Under the pieces are notes generated by a model, which ran no database searches, was not told the origin of the DNA, and saw only the letters and a list, made by a program, of their open reading frames with translations. Below, one piece after another: positions 25,857 to 36,557 of a stretch of DNA of 64,000 nucleotides. Location of the stretch: positions 62,001 through 126,000 of the forward strand of contig NIVC01001971.1 in assembly GCA_002269645.1 (NCBI GenBank), in the 5' to 3' direction. The translations under genes and the position numbers were made by a program. The DNA comes from Macrostomum lignano. Lineage: Eukaryota. Within the stretch, counting starts at the first letter, position 1, and every line of letters begins with the position of its first letter.

Positions 25857-26869
25857 AAGGTTTTTGGTTTCGACGAGTATGCCAGTCCGGTGGAAAGTAA
25901 TTCAAATGGTCTGCAATGGTAGAGAACAAATACTATTACATTATATTAGTCATTACATCTATTAAGCTTTAAGGCCTTTTATCTCAAATATGTAATTTTA
26001 TGTAATTGTATCAAAACAATTGCATGAGAAGAAATATTAGCTTACTTAAAGAACTCCAAGATTATCATTTAAAATTCCTGCGACTTCAGAAAAAGCACAT
26101 ATGCAAATATTGGAGCCGCTGTGACTCTGTGATAATAATGATATGATAGTCAGCAAACATTAGACATGCCTGCAAGTGATTAAGAGAATTTATTCATTTA
26201 AGCACAGGCAGTACTACCACACTGTCAGTCTGGACAAGTACAAAATTTAAAATTTAACTTTGGTGCACAGATGCAATTCAATGTACCTTAGTAGTTACCA
26301 AATCCTCTAATGTATGCACCGAGGGAGTTTGCTAAACTTTTTCTCGTGTAGCACGTTTGTACACAGATTTTTCTTCAGCAGTTAGACTTTCAAATTTTTC
26401 ACTTAAAAAAGCCATGCATTCCTTGGAAAAGTTATCTGAAAAAATTATCCAAAATAATTGTAGATCATTACTCCATTTAAAACAAAAAAGTATAACTTAC
26501 AAAAAAGAAACAAACACTTAAGTTCAAAGCAAAAAAGCCAAACAAAATCTTACTTGTTCCCATAGTCTTCAAAAACATGGATTAGGCACTGGTCTTTCTT
26601 GGGCATGAACGCCAACTTTGGCACTTTTTTCATGCTTAAAAATAGCTGAAAATTGAATTAAAGACAAATAAACCATACAATTATTATAAAACATGATTTC
26701 CTTAAATGAATAAAAAGGAAAATGGAAATATAAAAAGATGGAGATAAGGAATATAATTGTTGGAGGTTTGATTCTCCCAAAGGATTACGATAGGAGAGGG
26801 GCTGAATTCCCTGGAGTAATGGGATAGGAGAGAGGCTCAATTCCTCAAAGGATTAGGAAAGGGGACTGA

Positions 26870-27620
26870 CTGGATTCCCTAAAGGATTTGGACAAGAAAG
26901 CAGCTAAATTCCCCAGAAGATTGGGAAAGGGGAGTGGTTAGATTTTCCAGAGGATCAGTAAAGAGAAGTGGCTGGATTCCCCAGAAGATTAGTAAAGGGG
27001 AGTGGCTAGATTCCCCAGAGGATTTGTAAAGGGGAGTGGCTAGATTCCCCAGAGGATTAGTAAAGGGGAGCGGCTGGATTCCCCAAAGGATTGGGAAAGG
27101 GAAGTGGCTAGATTCCCTAGAGGATTGGGAATGGGAAGTGGCTAGATTCCCTAGAGGATTTGGATAAGAAAGTAGCTAAATTCCCTAGAGTATTAGGAAG
27201 GGGGTGGCTGGATTCCCCAAAGGATTAGGAAAGGGGATTGGCTAGATTCCGCAGAGGATTAGGAAAGGGGGGTGGCTAGATTCTCTAGAGGATTTAGATA
27301 AGAAAGCAGCTAAATTTCCTAGAGGATTGGGAATGAGAAGTGGCTGGATTCCCTAGAGGATTTGTAAAGGGGAGTGGCTGGATTCCCTAAAGGATTTGGA
27401 TAAGAAAGCAGCTAGATTATTCAGAGGATTGGGAAAGGGGAGTGCCTGGATTCCTTAGAAGATCTGGATAAGAAAGCAGCTGGATTCCCTAGAGGATTAA
27501 GAAGGGAGGGTGGCTGAATTCCCCAGAAGATTGGGAATCGGGAGTGGCTAGATGCCCTAAAAGATTTTAGATAAGAAAGCAGCTAAATTCCTAGAGGATT
27601 GAGATAGGAAAGTGGCTAAA
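26870..27620 (-). repeat. 34-bp minisatellite in the right foldback arm
   Basis: Reverse complement of the array at 25270-25856. Confidence 0.88.
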
Positions 27621-30600
27621 TTTCTTAGATGATTAAGATAAGAGAGAGGATAGATTACTTAAAAGATTAGGGTTATAGAGCTATTAGATTCTTTAAAGGA
27701 TTATAATTAAGATAAGGGAACGCTACATTGTTAGACAAATTAAGGCTAGGCTTAAGGATAAAGTAGCTTTTAAAGAATAATTTAAACTAAAAAATTCAAA
27801 TAAGGATTATAGCTAGAAAAGAAACTAAATTGAAAAAAAAATTAAGGCCAAAAAATTGTATCTACTCTAAAAATACTAAGGCTAAGGAAAAGCTAGATTT
27901 CTAAAAAGATTAGGATTAGAAAAATGTTGGATATAAATTTGATATAAATTTGCAAGCTATAAGTATAAGCCTAGCTAGTATAGGGCCCAACTATTTTATA
28001 ATGATATATTTTAATAACATTTAATTATATTTTAACATCTAATTATAGAGGCTTAGCAAGATAGGTCCTTATAAATTAAAAAGATCTATATACAGTATAC
28101 CCTACATAATAGGCCTGTATAGATGGTTAGGCCTTCTTTTAATAAATGTTTTAGGGTATTATAAATAGACAGTTCCCTGATAACAGTAAACAGTTCTCAT
28201 TCTGATTTAAATACTCTACACTTTGCAATGCAACTAGTAATATTGCTGTAACATTAAAACTTCTTTCCACTGTTTGAACTAATCCATCGATCTATATTAC
28301 AAACAGCAAAATAACAATTTTAATTATGCGCAGAAAGTAGTTCATTGGATTTATACATAAGCCCGCTTTTAATTGAATAGAAGACATGTCACCGTGGCAT
28401 ATGACATGGCATTTACCCGATCTTATGCACTCGTTTTTTTACCTTTAGTCCGGGTTTTTAAAGATGCCACTTGGGGGAATTATGTTATGCAACATGTAAA
28501 CAAACTATAACAAATTATTTCACTTTGCTTAAAATATTGGCAACTAAATTATGCATGAATTAATTATCAAGATAATTGTTATCAATATTATAATCAATAT
28601 ACATTATTATTTATCTAAAAACATCCCTACCACTGATTAGTTGTTTCGTCTGCCAGCAGACGAATTGACAGCAGATGAAACAATTGCATCCCTTAAAATG
28701 CAATCAGTTTCTCAGTCAGTATCACTTCTCTATTAAAGTTGGCAAGAAAATATAAAGGCAATAATATGGTAATGCAATCCAAATCAACTCCAAGTTTCAA
28801 TGCAGTCTTGTAGTGGAAATTATGTTTAATGGTGACACAATTAAGCCAGTCAACTGATAATATATGATAAATATAAGCCAGTTGTGATCCAATCTTTATC
28901 AAAATTGGAATTTAGTCATTTTTACCTATAATGATTGCCCATAGCATTAAAAGGATTATAAAGTCGTAAAGACTTGTTTTTTGAATATTTAATTCCCTTA
29001 GCATTGAGCAATTTCTTAGCTAAGACACATGCATTGTCACAAGTCACAAAAAAATTTCTAATTTAATTGAGTGGTGCAAGTTTCATTAAAATTGGTTAAG
29101 CCATTTTTTCTTAAAATCAATCACATTGCTAGATAGAAACATTTCAATTTTAAGTGTATATTAGTATATGTGAAGCAAGCAAGCATACAAACCTTTGAGA
29201 TTTAGTATAGGCCTATTAGGAAGGAAGTATATTATATTAGTATATATAGGAAGGATAAAAAATTCAATATTTAAGTTGATTTAGAAAATTCATAGAATTT
29301 ATAGAATTTTTTTTGTTTCTATTATGGCAAAAGATAAAAATCCAAGCCCCAATATGTAAAAATATGGAATAAATAAATCTAATTTTCAGCACTAGAGAAA
29401 CAAGCTAATTGTACCTATTTTTACTTCTCTATATTTGGTTCTATACAATTCCAATTATAAGCTATAATGACAATGAATAATCTAATGTTTATTTGTTTAA
29501 GTTGGTTTACTTGCTGTTAACCATTTAATAATGCAAAGTGTTTCTCCTGATATGATATATTTTTCTTCAAAATTGTAGTCTATTACCATTTTAAAGTGTA
29601 TCTAGCTAGTATGTGTTCTTGCTCTTGCTTTCATTTTACACTTTATAATTTGAAAAACAAAGGTCAAAACCTTTATCTATTTTCTATATAGAATTCACAT
29701 ATTTCTAAAATAAAGAAGCCAATTTTAAGCAAAAGAAAAAGCAGAATATTTATAACTAAGGTCAAAAATTGTTTTTTTACCATAGCAAAATATTTGATAG
29801 AGCTCTTAGTACAATTTACTTTTTATCTTCTAAACTTAGAGCAAATAAAAACTTTTAAGCCTATAAAAACTTACTATTATTATCCAGAAAAAAGAAGCAC
29901 TTTAAAAAATGTTACACCTAATAAGTAGAAAATAAATTTACATGTACCAGAATAGTTAACTAGTTAGTTAGCTTCAATTCAATGACACAAAATGATGTTA
30001 AATGTTAAATATTAAAGAGGTTAAACACTTATGTAATTATAGCACTTTTTCACTTCTATTGTTTTTGTAGTGGCCCTTGCTCTTTAGAGCAATTACCTAA
30101 AACACACCTACGAGTAAGTCTACATCATTTCAATTCTTTCTCCATCTCTTTAGCCTTTTTTGCTTTTTTCAGCCATCTACTCATTTTTAGCAGTTTGCTT
30201 ATTTTTGCTGTCTGCTCATCTTTAGCTATCTGCTCAATTTTAGCTATCTGCTCATCTTTAGCTGTCTGCTCAATTTAGTACACGTACTAAACTTGGGTAA
30301 AAACACTCTTTAATAAGCATTTTGGAACAGAGCTGGCAATCTCAATATGTCAAATGGCCTCCTTTATATGTAACTTTACCTGTTGCCTACCCGGCTTAAA
30401 AGCAAGGTGGTAACTATAAGATAAAAACTTCCAATTATTGCTCTCCAACCACAATGGGCAATGAGCTCTGAGCTCTGAGCTGTACTAAAACAGTCTGACA
30501 ACACTTGGTCTACAAGTCTTTTTTTACAAATGATAGCAACACTATTCCCAAAAGCGATACTGAAACCACCATTGGTCAAGACTTTTAACCAATACCACTG

Positions 30601-30933
30601 ACAGTATAAACATTACAACTAGGCATTCATAAGCTAAGCAATTTAGTTGCCTCTTTTATATTTGTAGCCTAAAGTTGAATACCAACCATAAAATTCTTTA
30701 TTCAACAAAGACAATGGCAAGGGGCCTTGACCATCAAATATAGTGAAAGCATCTTTAACAATAGCCTGCAATAAATATATAAAGGGAAGCATTTTTTAAG
30801 TAATTTGTCTTTAAGCAACAAATAATATAATTTAACAACAAAAAATGTATATGTACTATAAATATACCCTCTACATAACCCTACAGAACTACATATATCA
30901 ACTTCCATGACTCTACTTTTGTGAATAAGGTGA

Positions 30934-31305
30934 AACATGAAAACAAGAAATTATTATGTTTTCTTGCTAGAGTATGTCTTGCATGATAGGATACAGTAGG
31001 AGACATAATAAAGCAGGATAAAGGGACTAGAAGTGCCTTGAAGGCCAGGTTGAATGCTGCCAAGGTGAACTAGGTTGGAAAATGGAATCTTTGAGTGCAA
31101 ACATGAAAACAAGAAATTATCATGTTTTCTTGCTGTGGTATGTCTTGCGTGATAAGATAAAGTAGAAGACAGATTAAAGTAGGATAAAGCAACTAGAGGT
31201 GCCTTGAGGGCTAGGTTGAATGCTGCCAAGATGAACTGGGTTAGAAAATGTAATCTTTTAGTATAAACATGAAGGAAATTATCATGTTTTCTTGCTAGGG
31301 TGTCT
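30934..31305. repeat. Degenerate ~165-bp tandem duplication (about 2.3 copies)
   Basis: AAACATGAA...AAATTATYATGTTTTCTTGCT recurs at ~30934, ~31099 and ~31264. Confidence 0.75.
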
Positions 31306-33423
31306 TATATAACTTATATACTTAAAATGTATATAACTTTATGTTAAGACAAGTTAGGACCTACACAATAATACAATTAGATTATATGCTATAATCAAAC
31401 TAATTAGCTTTTCATCTAGGTAGATTATCTAGCCATTATTATATTGGTTGTTAAGCATTTATTTGAGGCAATTTTAGTTGAATGATCTCTAAAATATTTT
31501 TGACTTCATCTTGGGACTAGTCAATACATAATACTTGTAAGCCAACATTGTAATATTGGCTGATTAAGTTGCAAGAGCAAGGTTAACTATGGCTAGGTTT
31601 GTATCTATTTTATAAGATTAAGGTAGGCCTATAGTAAGTTTGAGGCTGAAACTGAAAGTGGGACTTTGGGTCATAGACAAGTTAGCTTATGGGCACTCAA
31701 AAGAAAGTACTTTTATTAAATGCAAGGAAACAAATAGATCTAACTGGCTTAACTGCTACAATATAATAATAAAAGCATATTGAGTTCATGTTTTTATTAT
31801 TAGGCCTAATTTTGTAATATAAGTTTATTATTAATCATAGACAATAAATAAATTTAAAAAGTTTTTTTTAGTATTAAATATATAATTAAGATAACAAAGT
31901 ATTAAATAAAAGTGGTGAGAGCCTAAATACCATAGGCTAAGGGCCTAAATAAAAAAAGTCAATAATAGGCCTTGACTTGACTAGCTGCAGAAGGGCTCTG
32001 TGCATCTAGAAAAAGCAAGGAGGCATTGCCACCCATTTTGCTAATTCTAGTTAGTTTGATTTTTAAGTCTATAATAGGCCCTAATACTTTGTAAATAGGC
32101 CTAGTTAAGTAATGAAAGCATTAAATTTAAACTCAAAAGAACTATTGGTCTATACATTCTGTTCAAGAAAGCAAAAATAAATAAACACATGGTCATGATT
32201 TCTTGCTTTGCTATATGCTTATGCTATGATTATGCTATGATTGCCTTATTGTCTAAATTAATATAGGCTATTAGCTGATATTGTTAGGCCTTCAAAAAGG
32301 TAGGCTGAAGGGCAGGGCAGTGATAGGTAGATATGATAGGACAGGGAAGAAATAAGTAGATATACTAGACAATATAGGTAGGACATAGGCAGGCTGCATG
32401 CAAGAAGCAAGCAATCTTAATATAGTTGGCTCAATGTCAAAATCAATGCCTTAGTAGCTATAAGTCTAAGTTCATTTTGAAAAGATGATTTTCTCTTGAA
32501 AAAGCAACTTATAGAAATGTGTGAAAATATCTAAACTCTTTTCTATCAACTGTTCTAGGTTAAATTTTTATATTGGCTCATATAAAAATTTGTAATATAA
32601 CAATTACAAATTTTGTGATGTAATTGTTATATTAAGTGATCTGTGATCAAACTGCCACCTGACCTGGGACATAGCTGGCTAGGCCAATCCACAAAATACC
32701 AACACCCTAAGCTAGACTGCCTTTAAAAACTCGCTAGTGATTTTAACAAAGTGGTCTAAATTGCCACTAAGTGTTAAAAAAATTATTGCTAGTTCGTAAA
32801 TAATAAAATATATAAAATTTTGCCTCAAAAATAAAGCCCTTGAAAATCAAATACTTGTTTTGGTATTCACCAAAACATTAATTCGCTGAAACATTACTTT
32901 TCCAAAACAAAATGTTGCAGCACCAGCAGCAACTTATGTTCAGTTGAATGTACACTATAAGTATAATTGCGCTATTGATAGGACCCAATACAAGCATTTT
33001 GTAGTTGATTCTAGATTGACTAGAATAGTACCAGTTGGTGAATATGCCTAGTATTCCTAGTTATTATATAGGCTATTAAATTTGGGGCAAAATATTTATG
33101 GAGTACTTATAGGCACATCCGCCATGTCTATAGGCCATAATGTTAAGTACACATGGTAGCTACTGTTGCTTTAAATTGCAGCAATAAATTCATTTGCCAT
33201 TCAATATTAATGACACTGCTACTGGCGTTGTGCAGGTATTATTGGCATGGCCGCTATCTCCAGTGTGAGATGCATTCTATATTGTATGGACATGGTTACC
33301 AACTCGCCCTGTCTATAAGCTCTAATAATATTATAGACACGGCAGCCTGGCCTACAGTCTACATTTAAAGCATAAGTTTTCGTTTTATAAAAAAAATTAT
33401 AAACATTTCATGCATTATAAGAG

Positions 33424-35517
33424 ATGCCACCTCCATCAAAGCCCAACCAGAAGACTCAGAAGAAGCCGCTGCCGCCCCTAGTTGACGTCGAGGACAAGGA
33501 GGAATACACTGGAGACCGGCCCTTCTGCGTCTACTATTGCATGTGCGGCCAGCTCGCCCTCATCATTGACTGCCCGATTGAACGGCTGCCGCAGCGACCG
33601 CGCGACAGCTCTCGGGTGCTCGACAGGCGGCGTCGGGTTTTCAAGGCGCACTTTGATCCGGTAAGGGTCGCTGACTGTACTCATTTCGCATCGTTTTATG
33701 TTGTCGTCTGATCCACTATTGAACTACCATTAATAGAATTAAGCTACCATAGAACTGAGCTACCATAGACATAATTGATCTACTATAGACATAATTGAGC
33801 TACTAAAGACATAATTGAGCTACCATAGACATAATTGAGCTACTAAAGACATAATTGAGCTACCATAGACATAATTGAGCTACTAAAGACATAATTGAGC
33901 TACTAAAGACATAATTGAGCTACCATAGACATAATTGAGCTACCATAGACATAATTGAGCTACCAGACATAATTGAGCTACCATAGACATAATTGAGCTA
34001 CCATAGACATAATTGAGCTACCATAGACATAATTGAGCTACCATAGACATAATTGAGCTACCATAGACAGATTTGAGCTACCATAGACATAATTAAGATA
34101 CATGATACAATTAATTGATTTCGCATCAAATTCTGTAATAGACGAATTCACAATGGCAAAAGTATTTCGGTCACCCAGGTGCACCGGGAGGAGGCTCTCA
34201 TTCGCTGGCCAGACGATGCCGCAGTTGAGCGTCAAATTCGTCGCCGATGCAAGCGCTGCGCTTTGCCGCTGTTCTACCAGCATCCGGACGAACTTGGCCG
34301 ACTGGACCCGGCCAAGCCGGCCTTCTTATTGCCGGACGCTGTCCGAGAAACTGCTGGCAATAGCGGCCAGGAGGGAGCAGCCGCGGCTGCCAGCGCCGAA
34401 GCCATTGTTGGCCGGCTTAATCAGGATAAGAAGGTGAGTTTCTTGCGTGTGTGTCTCGTTACTCTGCCCACCGCCCTCTAGTAGTGTATAACGGTTGGGA
34501 ATCTGTAGGCTAGTCTAAAATGGGCTGTAGCCTAGTGGTTAGAGCGTCTGAATCACGACTGAAAGGTCGGGGGTTCGATTCCCGATCCACTCGGAACAAT
34601 TACTGTCCTTGAGCAAGACACTTAACTCTGCATTGCTTCAGTTCACATAGCAGTAAAATGGGTGCCAGCATTAGCTGAGTAATTGAGGGTGTGTGGCGAC
34701 CTCCCCCCAGTCCTTGGACTGAACAGCCGTACGCAGCCTTCAGATGCGCCGCGCAATAGCTGCGGCTGAGCTGTTGGTTGCACAACTATTATTATTTGTG
34801 CAATTATTAATTGCATAAATATAATTGCACAAAGATAATTACTATTACTATCTCAAAACTGAGGCGGAGGGCCGTGGCCCAGTGGTCTAGCGCGGGGCTC
34901 TGATTTGCCAGCGGCCCAGGCTCGATTACCAGTGCAGTCACACTAATTTGTGGCTAAATTGGAATTAGCGCCCTGAGCCGACCCCCAAGGCACAGTGAAG
35001 TGTACATGCCTAAGGATAAATAAAGTTAGGGCCGCTGTGCACTCCTGTGTGAGTGTGTGCCTGTGCGTATGACTGCGTACGTATCCGCACGCTTGTGTGC
35101 CTGCTCAGGTGAGTCTGCGGAATGGGCAGTAAGGCCTCTCGCTGCCCCTAATAAAAAGCTCAGAACTTCACAAGTATTTACAAGTTCAAAACTTTGCAAG
35201 CTCGTAATTTTTCAAAGTTAAATTTGTGACTTTGCTGTCAAAAAATTCGAATATTTAACATTCGTCATTAATTACAGGTGATGCTAACCAGACGACGTCG
35301 CGATATGGGCAAGTTCTCCTCCGTGACCGTGTCCACTATTGAAGCCGATCAGGAGGAGGTTGAGGCCAGAGAGATCGCCGACTCGTACGCCGCCAATGCT
35401 CGCATAGTTGAGAAGCAGCTGCTGCGCAAAGGCGTCATCAGGAAGCGATTAGTCGAAGAGCGCAATCAGGATGCGCAGGCGAAACGTCAGGCTAGGGGGA
35501 CGCTTATCGACTATTGA
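33424..35517 (+). CDS. STEEP1: STEEP1/CXorf56 (UPF0428) family protein, 243 aa
   Basis: Exons 33424-33660, 34179-34433, 35278-35517 (all phase 0, GT-AG). Motifs [77 protein letters not shown]. Confidence 0.95.
33745..34100. repeat. Intronic minisatellite, 20-bp unit (CTACCATAGACATAATTGAG)
   Basis: Visible array in STEEP1 intron 1. Confidence 0.95.
34522..34797 (+). mobile_element. tRNA-derived SINE with CORE-like domain
   Basis: Head GGGCTGTAGCCTAGTGGTTAGAGCG...GGTTCGATTCCC (A and B boxes); then TGTCCTTGAGCAAGACACTTAACTC...CAGTAAAATGGG resembling the MIR/CORE domain; (ATT)n tail. Confidence 0.75.
34869..35156 (+). mobile_element. tRNA-derived SINE (family also at 54140-54441)
   Basis: Head GGGCCGTGGCCCAGTGGTCTAGCG...GGCTCGATT; body matches the reverse complement of 54140-54441. 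Confidence 0.8.
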
Positions 35518-35594
35518 TTCTGCGTTTGATTTGGATTTGTTTCATTGTAATATGTGATTAAGACACTAAACTTACTCTTTACTTACTGTCACTT

Positions 35595-35780
35595 GGGCTT
35601 GGCCTTGGCTTCTGCGCTTGGGCTTGGGCTTGGGCTTAGCCTTGGCCTTGGCCTTGGCCTTGGCCTAGGTATTGGGCTTGGCCTTGGCCTAGGTATTGGG
35701 CTTGGCCTTGGGCTTGGCCTTGGGCTTGGCCTTGGGCTTGTGCTTGGGCGTGGCCTTAGGCTTTGGCTTGGTTTAAGCCT
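35595..35780. repeat. (CTTGGS)n hexamer repeat in the STEEP1 3' region
   Basis: Visible; gives the LG-repeat ORF 35554..35826. Confidence 0.85.
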
Positions 35781-36332
35781 TAATGTGTGCCATTATCTAA
35801 TTTTGACGTACTTGTTCTTTAATTAATACGCTCGTAGAAAATACTGGTGTAAATAATGGTTGATCCAAATGTGTCTCAGTACGAACTTATAAAATGACTG
35901 CGCATAGGGCAGTTGTGTGTCGGGACGCTTTATTCCTTTTGTTTGCCGTTTTCACTATCAAATTTTGGCAAGCTCAATTAAAAAACATGTCAATAAACAC
36001 ACAAAATATGAATCTGTGTAATTTACTACGAGTTATATCAAATATGACAGCAATTTGTGAGATTGATCCTAACTAAGGTTTCTGGGGTTTTTTGCAGAAC
36101 GTTAATCAGCCCAATAGCCTATTGGGGCCATGCAACAACATGCAGCAGATTAGCTGGAATTTCTACGTACATTCATATTTTGAAGTTTCCCGATTCGTAC
36201 ACGAGTGTGTAGATAAGCTTGGCGAGCCTTCCCAATTCCCAGATAAGGGGGAGTAAGGCAGGATATAATTGGGAGTAAGCTGGCCTTGACTCATATTTAG
36301 GCAGAATACTTTGATAGTCCAGTGATTCAACC

Positions 36333-36557
36333 ATGGCCAACCTATGCCCAGGCCTGCTTTGGGCGCTAATCTGGTTTTTGGCACTGATTTTCCTCGCCTG
36401 GCCAGTGTCCTACATCATCGCCTTCGTCTACATTCTGTTGCTGCCGTTCTCCGCCTGTGTCGGTCTACTCAAACCGGTCTGCGACACCCTGCTTGGCGTG
36501 GTGAATCTCTGCCTCACCTGCGCTGAGAATATGATTGCTATGAAGCCGCTGTGCTGA
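36333..36557 (+). CDS. Uncharacterised 74-aa hydrophobic, Cys-rich membrane microprotein
   Basis: ACCATGG start, GC-rich codon usage like neighbouring exons, long hydrophobic segment (LLWALIWFLALIFLAWPVSYIIAFVYILLLPFSAC) and C-terminal CAENM...KPLC; recalled as similar to an unnamed invertebrate small-protein family. Confidence 0.75.
   Translation: MANLCPGLLWALIWFLALIFLAWPVSYIIAFVYILLLPFSACVGLLKPVCDTLLGVVNLCLTCAENMIAMKPLC

Larger units (their letters stand above)
19535..28477. mobile_element. Large foldback-type DNA transposon (long TIRs with internal minisatellite) with nested insertions
   Basis: Left arm pieces 19535-19658, 23441-23624, 24200-24315 and 24781-~25856 are the reverse complement of the contiguous right arm ~26870-28477; termini CACCCGAGTGGCATC / GATGCCACTTGGGGG; 7-bp TSD AATTATG at 19528-19534 and 28478-28484. 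Confidence 0.85.

Noticed and set aside
28500-33100. AT-rich region with short ORFs and scattered GCAGAYGAAA-type motifs (also at 38415 and 39585-39665)
   Set aside because: Probably decayed MITE ends, but no paired TIR/TSD or coding signal could be established.
34522-34592. tRNA-like sequence (also heads at 12400-12468, 34869-34935, 54370-54441)
   Set aside because: A/B boxes are present, but acceptor and anticodon stems do not pair and SINE bodies follow; not functional tRNA genes.
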